From the NCBI RefSeq assembly GCF_009914755.1, contig NC_060926.1: a DNA stretch of 64,000 nucleotides; one strand, 5' to 3'. The DNA comes from the human T2T-CHM13v2.0 reference genome, Homo sapiens. A program made the translations under genes and the position numbers. The notes beneath the pieces are model-generated. The model saw only the letters and a list, made by a program, of their open reading frames with translations. It was not told the origin of the DNA and did no database searches. Shown in pieces: positions 1 through 21,700 of this stretch. Within the stretch, counting starts at the first letter, position 1; every line of letters starts with the position of its first letter.

Positions 1-30
1 GAAAAGGTATAGTAAAAATATGGTATTTTA

Positions 31-112
31 CATATATATGTGTATATATATATGTGTATATATATGTGTATATATATGTGTATATATATGTGTGTGTATA
101 TATATATATGTG

Positions 113-128
<16 letters not shown>
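31..128. repeat. (TA)n/(TG)n compound microsatellite at an Alu tail
   Basis: Direct reading: atatatatgtgtatatata... abutting poly-T. Confidence 0.95.
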
Positions 129-146
<18 letters not shown>

Positions 147-430
147 TTTTTGAGACAGAGTCTCGCTCTGTCACCGAGGCTGGAGTGCAGTGACACAATC
201 TCCGCCCACTGCAACCACCGCTTCCCAGGCTCAAGTGATTCTCATGTCAGCCTCCTGAGTAGCTGGGATTACAGGTGTGTGCCACCATGCCTGGCTAATT
301 TTTGTATTTTTAGTAGAGATGGGGTTTTGTCATGTTGCCTAGGCTGGTCCCGAACTCCTGACTCAAGTGATCTGCCCACCTTGGCCTCCCAAAGTGCTGG
401 GATTAGAGGTGTGAGCCACCATGCTGGGCC
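129..430 (-). mobile_element. Alu (AluS-like), inserted in a Tigger3/MER7-like element (1-30 and 431-508)
   Basis: Poly-T, GAGACAGAGTCTCGCTCTG...CCCAAAGTGCTGGGATT...; flanks ggtatt both sides; 431-508 matches the reverse complement of the element at 35617. Confidence 0.9.
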
Positions 431-925
431 GGTATTATAATCTTATAGGACCACCATTATGTATGTGGTCTGTAGTTGATGGAAATGTTCTGATGTGGCA
501 TACAACTGTAATTAGATCTTCTTTAAATTTCAATAATGTTTTATAGTTTTCAGAATTGCACTTTTTTTCTTAAATTCTTCAAAATACTGTTTTTAATGGT
601 ATTGTCAGTGGAATTATTTTTCTTAATTGAATGTTTGGGTTATTCGTTGTAGATGTTTAAAAACACTTGATTTTTATATATATTAATATTGTTTCTGAAT
701 CTCTTCTGAACTTGTTTATTCATCCTAGTAGATTATTTGTGGGTTCTCTATGATTTTCTTGTAAAGATCATGTCAAGGGCAAATATATATAGCTTTATTT
801 TTTCTTTCCAATCTGGATGCCTTTTATGTATTTATTTATGGCTAATTGCCCTGGCTAGAACCTTTAGTAAAATATTCAATAGGAGGGGTAAGAGTGTATA
901 TGCTTTTTTATTCCTGATCTTAGGG

Positions 926-1109
926 CAGGGGTGTCCAATCTTTTGGCTTCTCTGGGCTACATTGGAAGAATTGTCTTGGGCCACACATAAAATACACTAA
1001 CAATAGCTGATGAGCTAAAAAAAATTGCAAAAATATAATGTTTTAAGAAGGTTTACGAATTTGTGTTGGGCCACATTCATGGTCCTCGGCTGTGGGTTGG
1101 ACAAACTTG
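926..1109 (+). mobile_element. MER30-like hAT-Charlie DNA transposon with perfect 8-bp TSD TCTTAGGG
   Basis: CAGGGGTGTCCAATC...GGTTGGACAAACTTG termini; TCTTAGGG at 918-925 and 1110-1117. Confidence 0.8.
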
Positions 1110-1353
1110 TCTTAGGGAGAAAGCATCCTGTCTTTTACCCCCGAGTATGATGTTAGTTGTGGGTTTTTAATAGATGCCCTTATCATATTGATGAAGTTTC
1201 TATCCCTAATTTCTTAAGTGTTTTTAATAATAATTTTGTCAAATTATTAATCGATGTATTACATTAATTGATATTAGGTTATTAAACCAGCCTTGTGAAA
1301 ATAACTCACTTTGTCACAGTGTATAAACATTTTATGTGTTGCCTGTCATAGAA

Positions 1354-1356
<3 letters not shown>

Positions 1357-1391
<35 letters not shown>
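1357..1391. repeat. (CA)n microsatellite
   Basis: Direct reading. Confidence 0.95.
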
Positions 1392-1394
<3 letters not shown>

Positions 1395-1655
1395 TGTATT
1401 TTGTTTAGAGTTATTCCATCTATATTTGTAAGATATATTGGTCTGTAGTTTTCTTTTGATGCTTTTGTCTGGTTTGGTATCAGGGTAATATTGACCTCAT
1501 AAAGTGAATTGAAAGTATTCCTATTGGTTTTGGAAGAGTTTGTGAAGGACTGGCATTAATTCTTTGAAAGTTCGATAGGTTACATCAAATGGGTCTGAGC
1601 TCTTTTTTTTTTTTTTTTTTTTTTGCAGGATGGGGCATAGTATTTTAATTACTAA

Positions 1656-1997
<342 letters not shown>

Positions 1998-2468
1998 GGT
2001 TAGGCTCTGGTAAAATAGTTTGAGGGCAAGTTTTCTAAGAAGAACAAAATACTCTGGGAATATTCAAAATGGTTATCCCCAACCCCCTCCCCCTAACTGG
2101 GGGGTAGGTATTTTTCTCTCATCTTAACTGTGGTAACATGCTAGGGGTTGTGGAGATAAAACTTACAGAAGCATGGAGGCCCTTCATAAGACTGGTTTCC
2201 CTGCGGCTTTTAATTCTCAAAGTTGTCGCATTGCACCTCCAGCAATTTGTCAATTACACTAGATTTTTCTTCCCTAGTACTAGTTAGTTCCCACAGTGGT
2301 TTCTGTTCTTGGGATTCTGCTCTGGTAAGTTGTGATTCTCTGTGTATGTACCTCTCCAATTTTTGGAACAATAGTTTGCCCTTCATCTCAGTTCTCTGAT
2401 GGATATAAGAAGAGTTTTGATTTTTTAGTTTGTTCAGCTTTTTTTTTTTATGATGGGGATGGGAGTGA

Positions 2469-2806
<338 letters not shown>

Positions 2807-3857
2807 TTTTGCTTTTAAACAGACTTTATCTTTTAGGGCAGTTTTAGGTTCACAGCCACATTGAATGGGCAATACAGAGTTCCCATCTGTGCCCTGCCCC
2901 TCTCCATAGCCTCCCTCACTGTTAACATCCTGAATCAGAGATGTGTCTTTTGCAAATATTTTCTTCCAGTCTATAGCTTGTCTTTTTATTCTTTTGACAG
3001 TGTTTTTCACAAAGCAGAATAAGTTTTTAATTAAATCCAGCTTATCAATTATTTCTTTCATAGATTATATGCCTTTAGTATTGTATCCAAAAAGCCATCA
3101 CCAAACCCAAGGACATCTAGATTTTCTCCTATGTTATCTTCTAGGAGTTTTATACTTTTGCACTTTGCATTTAGGTCTTTTTATACTTTTGCACTTTGAA
3201 TTAATTTTTGTGTGTGAAGGATGTCAGATCTGTTTCTGGGTTCATTGTTTTGCATGTAAATGTCCAGTTGTTCCAGCACCATTTGTTGAGAAGACTTTCT
3301 CCATTGTATTGCCTTCGTTTTTTGGTCAAAAAATCAATTGAATACATTTATATGGGTCTATTTCTGGGCCTTCAATTCTGTTTTATTGATCAATGTGTCT
3401 ATTTCGTTGATACATGCTGTCTTTATTACTGTAGCTTTATGGTAAGTCTTGAAGTTAGGTAGTGTCAGTCCTCCAATTCGGAGTCTTTTGCCCCTCCATA
3501 TAAACTTTAGATTGAATTCATTGATGTGTATTAAAAATTGCTGGGATTTTGATTGGGATTGCGTTGATCTTAATAGATCAAGTTGGGAAGAACTGACATC
3601 TTGACAATATTGAGTATTTCATGAAGTTGAAATACCTTCTCATTTATTTAGTTCTTTGATTTCATTCATCGAGTTTTATAGTTTTCCTCATATAGATCTT
3701 ACATGTATTAAGTTAGATTTATACCTAAATATTTTATTTCTTGGGTTGTTAATGTAAATGGTATTATTGTACTTTTAACTTCAAATTCCACTTGATTGCT
3801 GGTATACAGGAAGTGATTGACTTTTATATATTAACCTATATTCTGCAGTTTTGCTAG

Positions 3858-4203
<346 letters not shown>

Positions 4204-4349
4204 TGGATTTTCTGTATAGACAGACAGTCATGTCATCTGCAAACAGAGTTTTATTTCCTCCTTCCCAGACTGTGTACCTTTTATTTCCTTTTCTTGTCTT
4301 ATTGCATTAGCTATGACCTCCAATACACTGTTGGACAGTGGTGAGAGGG

Positions 4350-4753
4350 TGTATTATGTCGTCATTGTGTTGCTATGAAGAAACACCTGAGGCTGGGTAA
4401 GTTACAATGAAAAGAAGTTTAATTGGCTCATGGTTCTGCAGAGTATGAGAAGCTTGGTGCCAGCATCTGCTTCTGGTGAGCTTACAATCATGGTGGAAGG
4501 TGAAGTGGGGGCAGGCGTCTCACATGGCGAGAGCAGAAGCCAGAGAGCAAGGGAGGAGGTGCCACTCTTTTAAACAACCAGGTCTTGTGTGAACTTAGAG
4601 TGAGCGCTCACTTATCACTAAGGGAATGGTGTTAAACTAATCATGAAGGATCTGCCCCCATGATCCAGTCACCTTGTACCAGACCCCACCTCCAACACTG
4701 GGGATTACATTTCAATATGAGATTTGAAAGGGACAGATATCCAAATCATATCA
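4350..4753. mobile_element. MST-type MaLR solo LTR
   Basis: TGTATT...GTTGCTATGAAGAAACACCTGAGGCTGGGTAA...CCCATGATCCAGTCACCT...CCAAATCATATCA. Confidence 0.8.
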
Positions 4754-4989
4754 GAGAGGGAATCCTTGCCTTGTTCTTGATCTTAGAGGCAAAGCTTCGA
4801 GTTTCATTAGGTATGATATTAGTTGTAGGATTTTTTGTAGATACTCTATGTCAAGTTGAGAATATTCCCCTCTATTCCTATTTTAATGAGAATATCGTGA
4901 AGAGGTTGTCAAATGTTTTTTCTGCATCTGTTATATGATCATGTGGTTTTTCTTCTAAAGCTTGTCAACATGATGGATTATATTAATTG

Positions 4990-5298
4990 TTTTTTTTTTT
5001 TTTTTTTTGAGACAGGGTCTGGCGTTGTCACCCAGGCTAGAGTGCAGTGTTGCCATCTTGGCTCACTGCAACCTCTGCCTCCAAGGCTCAAGCCGTCCTC
5101 CTACTTCACCCTCCTGAGTAACTGGGACCACAGGCATGTGCCACCATACCAGGCTAATTTTTGTATTTTTTTTAGAGGTGGCAGAGGGGGGTCTCACTTT
5201 GTTGCCCAGGCTGGTCTCGAACTCCTGAGCTCAAGTGATCTGCTCACCTTGGCCTCTCAAAGTGCTGGAATTACAGGTGGGAGCCACTGTGTCCAGCC
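4990..5298 (-). mobile_element. Alu (AluJ-like)
   Basis: GAGACAGGGTCT...GGCTCAAGC...CTCCTGAGCTCAAGTGATC. Confidence 0.88.
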
Positions 5299-5839
5299 TT
5301 AACTGACTTTTGAATGTTGAATCAAGTTTGCGTACGTGGGATAAACCCACTTGTCATGATGTACAATACTTTTGTACATTGTTAAATTTGATTTGCTAAT
5401 ATTTTGCTGAGAATTTTTACATTGATATTCATGGGAGATAATGGTCTGTTGTTTTCTTTTTTGGTAATATGTTTGTCTGGTATTGGCAGTAGGGTAATAC
5501 AGACTTCATAGAATGATTAAGAAGTATTCTCTCTGATTCTGTCTTCTGAGAGATTTTAGAGAACTGGTACAATTTCCTCCTTCAGGGTTTGGTAGCATTA
5601 CCAGTGAACCTGTCTGGGTCTGGTGCTTTCTGTTTTAGAAGGCTATTAATTTATGATTCAGTGTTTCGAATAGATATAGGCCTCTTCATTTTGTCTATTT
5701 TTGTGTCAGATTTGACAGATTATCTTTTTTAAGAAATCGTTCATTTTATCTAGGCTATCAAATTTGTGGGCATAGAGTTGTTTATAGTGTTCCTTTATTA
5801 TCCTTTTAATGTCCATGAGATCTGTTGTGATGTCCTCTC

Positions 5840-6139
5840 TTTCTTTTTTCTTTTTTTTGAGACAGAGTCTTGCTGTGTCACCGAGGCAGGAGTGCAATGG
5901 CGCAGTCTCCCTCACTGCAACCTCTGCCTCCTGGGTTCAAGCGATTCTTGTGCCTCAGCCACCTGAGTAGCTGGGATTATAGGTGTGTGCCACTATGCCC
6001 GGCTAATTTTTGCATTTTTAGTAGATTTAGGGTTTCGCCACTTTGGCCAGGCTGGTCTCAAACTCCTGGCCTCAAGTGATCTGCCCACCCTGGCCTTCCA
6101 AAGTGCTGGGATAACAAGAGTGAGCTACCATACCTGGCC
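5840..6139 (-). mobile_element. Alu
   Basis: Full antisense dimer. Confidence 0.9.
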
Positions 6140-6619
6140 TCATTTTTGATGTTCATAATTTGCATCCTTTATCTTATTTTATTAGCCTGGCCAGAGGTTT
6201 ATTGATTTTATTGATCTTTTCAAAAGAACCAGCATTTAAGCTTTTACTGATTTTCTCTCTTTATTTGCTATTCTCAATTTCATTGATTTCTGCTCTACTT
6301 TTTATTTATTTTCTTCTCCTCACTTTAAATATGATTTATTCTTCTTTTTCTAGTTTCCTAAGTTGGAAGCTTTGATAATTGATTTCAGATTTTTTTCCTA
6401 ATATATACATTCGGTGTTATAAATTTCCCAGTAAGCACTACTTTTGCTGCATCACAAATTTTGATAAGTTGTATTCTTACTTTCATTTAGTTGAAATATT
6501 TTTAAATTTCTTTTGAGAGTTTTTATTTGACCCACATGCTATTTAGAAATACACTGTTTAACCTCTTAAGTATGTTGGGATTTTCCAGCTATTTTTCTGT
6601 TATTGATTTCTAGTTTATT

Positions 6620-11750
<5,131 letters not shown>

Positions 11751-11756
11751 GCCCCC

Positions 11757-11977
11757 CAACCTCCACCTCCCGGGTTCAAGTGGTTCTCCTGTCTTAGTCT
11801 CCCAAGTAGCTGGGACTACAGGCACAGGCCACCATGCCTGACTAACGTTTACATTTTTAGCAGAGATGGGGTTTCGCCATTGTTGGCCAGGCTGGTCTCA
11901 AACTCCTGGCCTCAAGTGATCCACTCGCCTTGCCTCCCAAAGTGCTGGATTACAGGCATGAGCCACCGCACCTGGCC
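11757..11977 (-). mobile_element. Partial Alu
   Basis: CAACCTCCACCTCCCGGG...CCTGGCC, tail end missing. Confidence 0.85.
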
Positions 11978-12057
11978 AAAGTTATTAGTACCCTGTTAAC
12001 AACATTTTACTGGTGTCACAAGTAACATGTTTATATATTGTTTAACCATTAACATAC

Positions 12058-12481
12058 TTTCTTAGTTTGTTTTCTCTTGCTTATAACAATACTTGAAACT
12101 GGGTAGTTTATTTTAAAAAGTTATGGAGGCTGAGAAATCCAAGGTCAAGGGTGAGGGCCTGATGAGGGCCTTCTTGCTGATGGGGACTCTGCAGAATCCT
12201 GAGGTGGTGCAGGGCACATGGTGAGGGGGTTGGGCATGCTAGCTCAGGTCTCTCTTCCTCTTCTTATAAAGCTACCAGTCCACTCTCATGATAAGCCATT
12301 AATCCATTAATCCATCAAGTCATTAAGCCGTTCAGATCTGCCCTCATGATTAATTCATTCATGAGAGCCCAGATCCCTGATGACCCAGTCACCTCTGAAA
12401 GGTTCTACCTCTCAGTACTGCCACATTGCGGATTAAGTTTTAACATGAGTTTTAGAGGGGACAGATACTCAAATCATAGCA
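12058..12481. mobile_element. MST-type MaLR LTR
   Basis: CTTAGTTTGTTTTCTCTTGCTTATAAC...GAGGGGACAGATACTCAAATCATAGCA. Confidence 0.7.
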
Positions 12482-12747
12482 TGTAGATTTATAGTTAATT
12501 TTTATGCTTTTGTCTTTTAAATCCTATAAAAGAATTAAGGTGGAGTTACTCACCAGAATTAAAATAATGTTTTTATATTTGTCCATATATTTACCTTTAC
12601 CAGAGAACTTTATATTTTCCTATGGCTTAAAGTTACTATCTAGCATCCTTTAATTTCAGCTTGAAGGACTGCCATTAGCATTTCTTCCAGGTGAGGTCTA
12701 GTGGTAATGAACTCTCTCAGCTTTTGTGAATGTTTTAATTTTCCCTT

Positions 12748-12908
12748 TTACAGGTGCATGCCATCATGCCCAGCTAATTCTTGTATTTTTAGTAGAGACG
12801 GGGTTTTGCTATGTTGGCCAGGCTGGTCTGGAACTCCTGACCTCAGGTAATCCTCCTGCCTTGGCCTCCCAAAGTGCTGGGATTACAGGTGTGAGCCACT
12901 GTGCACCT
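12748..12908 (-). mobile_element. Partial Alu (left arm plus linker)
   Basis: TTACAGGTGCATGCCATC...GTGAGCCACTGTGC. Confidence 0.85.
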
Positions 12909-13674
12909 TGTATCTTTCTTTGTCTGTTCGAGGATCTGAGATACTATTTTAAAGTCCTTTGGAAGTATAGTTTGTAATCGGATTTTTAGTAAGAGGGTTA
13001 TTTTTTTTTTCTCTTTGTGTGCATTCTTCTCTACCTGCTCTTTTTGTGGTTGTTTCTGCTTTGTCCTTTATGGCATCTTCTTTAGAAGGAAATCTTATAT
13101 TGGAAGCTCTGGGTTCTTATTCTTCAGGGTTATTGGGAAAAATCTCAAGAACCAGTCCCTGAACCAGTGGGTGGCTTGACCAGGTCATTTTTGTTTTATT
13201 GCCTGTAATCTGTCCATTTGTGTTCCTTGAGCCTTTGGCTATGGTCACAACGTTTATTGCCTTCTTTCACTAGTAGGAGAGCGCTGCTCCAACCCCTTAC
13301 TTCACAAAATGATTCTGACTTTTGTTCCCACTTCTTGTGCTATGAGTTGATTTCAGTCCCTATTATTGGGGTTGATTTTTAACTGTCTCAACCAGTAAGA
13401 TTTAAAAATAGACAACTTGCTTGTTTCTGTTTGCTGCTTTTACCTCTATGGGTAAAGGAGGTTAAGGAACTGCTGTGGTTTATGCAAAAGTATGCTGTGT
13501 CCTAACTGAGTAACCTTAAGGATAATAGCTTGTATAATGGTTGTGAAATCAAAATGTCGTATATGTGAAAGGGCTTTATAAACTGGGAAGTATGGTCTAA
13601 ATATTAGTTTATTTTTGTTGTATAATCATAGTGATTGTGTTATTACTCTATTTAAGCCTGCTTTTGATTTTCAG

Positions 13675-13800
13675 ATTGTTCCATTGACCTGTCATGTATG
13701 GCAACAGATAGTATATCAAGGCAATAGTAGAACACAAATTTCTGATACTAATGTGGTCTGTTTGGAAACAACAGCTCAGCGGGGTTCTGGGGATGATCAG
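13675..13800 (+). CDS. ALMS1: ALMS1 coding exon 2 (126 bp, phase 0/0): IVPLTCHVWQQIVYQGNSRTQISDTNVVCLETTAQRGSGDDQ
   Basis: ttttcag|ATTGTT acceptor and CAG|gtatgt donor; peptide recognised as ALMS1 N-terminal region; frame continues into next exon. Confidence 0.93.
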
Positions 13801-13915
13801 GTATGTCTTCTGTAACTGGCTAACTTTTTTTTTTTGATAAGCAGCACAAGAAATTCTGATTTAGCTATGAAGAATGGAAAAATAAATTAATATTCATTAA
13901 TATTATGTTTTCTTG

Positions 13916-13917
<2 letters not shown>

Positions 13918-13948
<31 letters not shown>

Positions 13949-14230
13949 CAGGGTCTCACTCTGTCACCCAGGCTGGAGGGCAGTGGCATGATCATAGCTT
14001 ACTGCACCCTCCAACTTCTAGGATCAAGTGATCCTCCTGCCTGAGCCTCTTGAGTAGCTGGGACTACAGACATATACCATCAAACCCACCTAATTATTTT
14101 TAAAAAATTTTTTATAGATGGAGTCTCGCTTTGTTGCCCAGGCTGGTCTTGAGCTCTTGGCCTCAAATGATCCTTCGCCTTGGCCTCCCAAAGTGCTAGG
14201 ATTACAGGAGTGAGCCACCACTCTTGGCCA
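13918..14230 (-). mobile_element. Alu (AluJ-like); FLAM-like monomer follows at ~14320-14465
   Basis: Poly-T then AGACAGGGTCTCACTCTG...ATCATAGCTTACTGC. Confidence 0.88.
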
Positions 14231-14715
14231 AATATTCTATTTTTCTAATAGATTGTTGTAAACTTTATGTATATGTAGAAGAGCAGTTCACTTTTTTTGA
14301 AGGCGGGTCTCAGGACTCTTATTTTTATTTTTAGTTTAAAAATTTTTTATAGAGATGGGAGTCTCTGTGTTTACTGGGCTGGTCTCTCATTCCTGGCCTT
14401 AAGTGATCCTCTTGCCTCGGCCTCCTAAAACTATGAGATTACAGGCATGAGCCACTGTGCCTGTCCTCAGGACTCTTTATATTCTTCACAAGTATTCTTA
14501 AGAGCTTTTGTTTATGTGGATTATCTATATAGATATTTAGCATACAAGAAATTAAAACATTTAAAACTATTTTAAAATTTATTTTGAAAGAACAAACCTA
14601 TTACATATTACCATAAATAGTATATTTTAAAGTAAAAAATGACTGTTTTCCAAAACAAAAAAATTAGTTGGAAGAATAGCATTGTTTAAATTCCGGCTTA
14701 CTAGAACTCAGTTGG

Positions 14716-15585
<870 letters not shown>

Positions 15586-16074
15586 AGCTGGATTCTCAGT
15601 CTGCTCTGCATTTCATTTGTTGGGATGTATTGTTTTGGTTGAAGTATATGAAGACAATCTTGCCTTACATAGATGAAAAAGGAGTTAGGGAAAGGAGGCT
15701 GTCATTCAGTCCCTGAAAGGGTGTCAGTGACCCTCAGGGATTTTTGGACTACACTTTGAGAACCACTTTTCTAGAACATAGTTATAAACTTTGAAGAAAT
15801 GAAACGATCATGAGCAGATAGGAAAAAAGCTCATGTAGAGTTATTGGAGGAAAAATGTTATTAGTGTTACTAATAATGGTTAAATATTTAAGGTTGATTA
15901 ATAACTTGAGTATCAGATTTCTCCTATTACCTTCAGTTTTCTTTAAATTGCAGTGATTACCTGTTAGATGCAAGATATGGAGGAAGGGAGATACACTATC
16001 ACTGAGGCAAAGTAGTTAAGACAATCCCTGACCATAAAAAACATAGTACCTGGGGCCATTAAATGGAAGAGGAT

Positions 16075-16517
16075 TGTTTTGGGTCGAATTGTGCCCTCCC
16101 AAATTATATGTTGCAGTCCTAATCCCCAATACCTCAGAATGTGACCTTATTGGTGATTGCAGGTGTAATTATTTAAGCTCACACTGGAGTAGGGTTTGCT
16201 CTTAATCCAATCTAACTGGTGTCCTTATGAAAGAGGAAAGCACCATGTGAGGAGAAAAACATACAAGGAGAAGATGGCCGTGTGAAGATGGAGGCAGAAA
16301 TTGGAATTATGCTGCCACATCCAGGGAATGCCTGGGGCTTCCAGAAGGTAGAAGTAGCAAGGAAGGACCCTCCCCTAGGGGCTTCAGAGGGAGCATGACC
16401 CTGCCAACACCTTGATTTCAGACTTCTGGCCTCCAGAACTGCGAGATAATAAATTTCTGTTGTTTTAAGCCACTTAGTTTGTGTCACTTTGTTATAGCAG
16501 CCCTAGGAAACTAATAC
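16075..16517. mobile_element. MLT1-type MaLR LTR
   Basis: TGTTTTGGGTCGAATTGTGCCCTCCCAAA...TTTGTTATAGCAGCCCTAGGAAACTAATAC. Confidence 0.85.
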
Positions 16518-17536
16518 CGGGTCATATTTCTAAATAATATTCTCTGAGGGCATATTTTTGGTAGAGCACAGTCCAAAAATTGATGTCTTCCTTTTTTTCC
16601 TGTTTCACACAATACGAACCATGATGGACCCTAAAGCACTTCATTTCATCCTTTACGCCTGGGTTCGTCAGAATAGCTGGAATATTATGCCGCTTTCTAG
16701 TTCACTTCCTTCTTATTCTTTCGTCGTTCATCTTTGTTACTGTCATCTCAGTTACCTTTATTTATTCATGGAAAACTAGCTCTTGCTACATTGTCTTCCT
16801 CTCTTTTATTGGTTTCTTTCACTTCAGCATACATTTCCCATTCAGTGCCTGAAGTTCTCATATATTTCATCTAATCTCCAGTGATCTTTACTTCCGTACC
16901 TCCTTCCAGTCTTCTCCTACCTGTATGTAGTTACTCATCCCATGATCACAGTCTATCTAGACTTTGTCATCACCAGCTACTTTACTACAAATGTCTCGTC
17001 CTCTCTTCCCTTCCGGCTACTGCTTCGGTCAATATTCTGCTCCCTGTTACAGTGAAATTTTCAAGAGTTGTCTATACATTTTCTGTTTCTGTTTCCTGAT
17101 ATCCTATGCTCATTTTTAAAAAGTCAGGTTTATTGTAGGTATAGGTTAAACATATCAAAATTTACTCTCTTAGGTGTACAGTTTGTCAAGTGAGCTTTGA
17201 CATACGTATACAGTCATGCAGTCACCACCACATTTGAGATAGACAGCACTGCCTTCACAAAAAGGAACGTCACAAAAAGTTCCTGTGTGCCCCTTTGTAG
17301 TCAGTCACTTCCCCAACTCCTAGTCCCTGGCAACTACTTATCCAATTTCTTTCTCTTTAGTTTTACCTTTTCAGAATAATACGGTGTGTAGACTTTTGAA
17401 TCTGACTTCTTTCACTTGGCTTAGCTTTTGAGATTTATCCATGTTGTTGCATGTATCAATAATTTGTCCACTTTAATTTTTATTACTGAGTAGTATTCCA
17501 TTTGTGTGTAGGTTTTTCGGTAGACATACTGCTTCA

Positions 17537-18056
<520 letters not shown>

Positions 18057-18480
18057 TTAATTTTAGACACCCTAGGAGATGTATTATTGGTGTCTCACTG
18101 TGATTTTAACATTCATTTCTCTAATGACTAATGATATATAGCATCTTTTTGTGTGCTTATTTGCCCTCCATGTTTCTTCTTCAGTGAGAGATCTGTTAAA
18201 ATCTCTGCCTGATTTTTTGTGGCTGGTTTGTTTCATTTTTTGAGCTTTGGGAGTTCTTCATAGCTCTAGATGCAAGTCCTTTATCAGTTGTTTCTTTTGC
18301 AGAGACAGTCTGTGGCATGTTTTTGTATTCTCCTGTCTTTGAAAGGCAGAAGTTTTAATTTTGATGAAACTTGTTTATTGATTTTTTTTCCTTTTTTGGT
18401 TTATATTTCTTGTGTACTATCTGAGAAATCTTGGCCTAATCCTATGTCACTGAGATTTTTCTTCTATGTTTTCTTCTAGA

Positions 18481-18708
18481 CCAGGGTTTCTCAGCCTTGG
18501 CACTATTGACATTTTGGGTTGAATAATTCTTCATAGTGGGGGTCTGTCCTGTGTGTCCTAAAATGTTTAACAGCATTCCTGGCCTCTTCCCACTAGATAC
18601 CAGTAATAGTCCCCCAATTTGTAACCATCCGGAATGCTTTCTGACATTGCCAAATGTTCCATGGTTGAAGGGAGAGGCGTGTCAAAATCTCTCCCAACTG
18701 AGAACCGC
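18481..18708. mobile_element. MER20-like DNA transposon
   Basis: CAGGGTTTCTCAGCCTTGGCACTATTGACATTTTGG...CTGAGAACCGCT; second copy at 36083-36305. Confidence 0.8.
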
Positions 18709-21700
18709 TTTTTCAGAAGTTTTGTAGTTTTACGTTTTACATTTATGTCTAAGATCCATTTTGAGTTGGTTTTTGTATATGGTGTGAAGGAAGCATCCAA
18801 GCTGTATTTTCTTACATATGAATATGTAATTGTTATTCTAGCACCATTTGCTATCTTTTTTTCCAGTGGATTTCATGACATCTTTGTAAAAAAATTAATT
18901 GACCTTGTATATGTGGGTCTATTTCTGCACACTATTCCATTGATTTACATATGTATCCTCATGCCAATATTACACTCTTAATAACTGTACTGTCTTAAAA
19001 TCCGGTTGTGTGAGTTTTCCCACTTTGTTCCTCTTTTTAAAAATTGATTATTTCAGATTCTTGGAATTTCTATATAAATTTTAGAATTAGCTCGCCCAAT
19101 TTATATTTTAAAAGCCTGCTGGAATTTTTTATTAAGATTTCATTGAGTCTATAAATCAATTTGAAGATAATTTTGACATCTTAACAATATTGAGTTTTCT
19201 AATCCATAAACATGACAGTTCTCTTAGTTTATTATTTCTCTTTAATGTCTTTATCAATGTTTTGCTGTCTTCAGTGTGCCAATCTTACACGTTTTGTTAG
19301 ACTTACTGGTATTTTTAGAAATTTCTATTTCCTATTATTCATTATAAGTGTATAGAAATATAATTGACTTTTTATATTGACCTTGTGTCCTATTACCTTG
19401 CTAATCTCACTTACTAGTTTTAGTAGCTTTTTAAAAAAAAATTTCCTTTAGGACTTTATATGCAGAGTTATATTAACTATGTTTTGTTTTTTACTTTTAA
19501 ATAGATATGTCATTTCTTTTTTTCCGTTTTTTTTTTTTGGTTTTTTTTTTTTTGTTTTTTTTTTTGCTTTATTACACTGGCTAGGATCTGCCTATTCTTC
19601 TACTTGATCTACTTTGTGTTCTGACCCCAATTCTTTGAAAGGAAGTATCACCAGCAATATTTATGTAGCTGAATACAGTGAATACTTTTCTGTCCTCCTC
19701 TTAGGTACGATAAATAGCATTTGACACTATTATTAATCATTACATAACTTCTTTAAATTATTTCCTTTCTTGGGTTCTTCTGGTTTTTTTTCTACTCATC
19801 TGGCTGTTCTCTCTCAGTATCCTTTGCTGCTTTATCTTCCTTTGTTAAACCTTAGAATCAGAATTTGTAAGCTGTGGACCCAAGTATGACTCAAATGTGG
19901 TTTTCAAAAACCATTTTTTTTGGCATAATGTTTTAACACTTTTGAAATAGAATACTTTAAAGTGAACATGCATAGTTAGCCACAAATCCCATTACTCTCC
20001 AATTCCAGGATGGATTACTTCATTTGTCTTACCCCCATACCCCTATACACATTTAGTTTTCAACCTCTGCTTGAAACGCTGGAATGTTCGCGGTCTCATC
20101 CAGATCCAGGACTTTAAATACATCTGTATACTGATAAATCCCAAAGATGTATCTCAAACTTTTTTTCTCCCTCAAAATTTGTTTGTATTTGTCAGAATGC
20201 TTATATGTTGTCCCTCCCCACATCTGTCAAAAATATTTAGAGATTTGTTGGCCTTTTTATATTGATTTAAAAGGTATAACACAAAGAATATTTGATGATT
20301 GAAATGTATCAAGAAAATACATAATGCAGAAAGTTAAAAACGGTTGAACAGAGGTTGTTTTAAAAATTCAGTTTATAATGGGAAATTATAAGAATATGTT
20401 TGCATAGGAGAGGAATGATTCAGTAATGAGAGAAAAATGGGTGAAGGAAAGTGGGAGAATCACATAGGAAGGAAATCACTGAAAAAAATTTGAATGAGAT
20501 AGGAAGGCCTTTGAGAGGCAGAGTGACTTTTTTTTATTTTCAAGTCATAAGATAGAAATCTGGTAATGGGGATTGTAGATCTGGTGGTTGAAGACAAGGG
20601 AGTTCCTCTCTCCTGCTCTACAATTATTGAAGGTCATCAGTTGAAAATTAGGAGCGTTCAATAGTTCTGAGGAGGGAAGGTATGAAATCTCAACTCACCA
20701 GGAAAATGTAGTAGGATTTCCAGGCAATATTGAGTGCCCTTCAGGTTTAGTGACATCAATTTAAAGAAAAGCCAGTCAGTTTGGGAGTGTGATTTCTCCA
20801 GCAACGTGCTGCTGATTGGATTCATGCAAGGAGACGGTTCCATCAGTGTTAGCTTTTGCTGAGCAAATAGGATAATGGGAGAAAAACGCAAGAAAGTTAA
20901 GGGTGTTTGCAAGGCAGTGATTATAAGGATGGCTCTGAACTCTCAGAGGGGCAAAGAAGGAAATACAGATAAGAAAGGAATAAAGAAAAGTATAAATGTG
21001 ATAGGATAGTTGTCTCCGTGAAGTTAAAAAATTATTGCAGTAGAGGAACTAGAGAGTAAGTGATCTGTGGAGGTCAGAGGATGGACAGAAAGACTAATGG
21101 ATACATCTGTCACTATTAGGGAGGAGTGAACTATGGGATACAGGCTCAAACCATGGTCAGAGAGGCTAAGAGATGACTCGGGACCAGTGATTTTTGCTTT
21201 AGTGAGTCACAAGATGATTGGAATTCTGCTTTAAAACCTTTTGTTGGCTCACTAACCTGTCCCCTATAGAAAGGAGTGCCCTCTAAAGAAAAAATGTAAA
21301 ATTAATCATTCTCATATTCCTTTTATTTTCAAGTATCAGAAAGGTGAAAAGCATGTTTCCAGTAGCAATTTGATGTTATAGATCTGATTAATTTATTCAG
21401 TGTAGAAGGGATTGAGGTATTTTGGAATGTCAAAAGTCTGCTATTCCATAAATGTAGCATTAATATTCTAGAATATTTCTCTCCACATTTTTTTCTTTGC
21501 ATGTATTTGTATAACTGATATTATGTAGTGGATAGTGGGTATCTTTTTTCTTAAACTTACTATATGAACATTTTGTTAATGAATTTTAAATATTAGAAAT
21601 GTCTCTTCAAAGACAAAAGTCTTGCTGGAAAATGTTTGCGAAAATATTTGTAAATTGTAATACATCTTCTTTTTATGGATTCTGTACCACCCGGGAATTA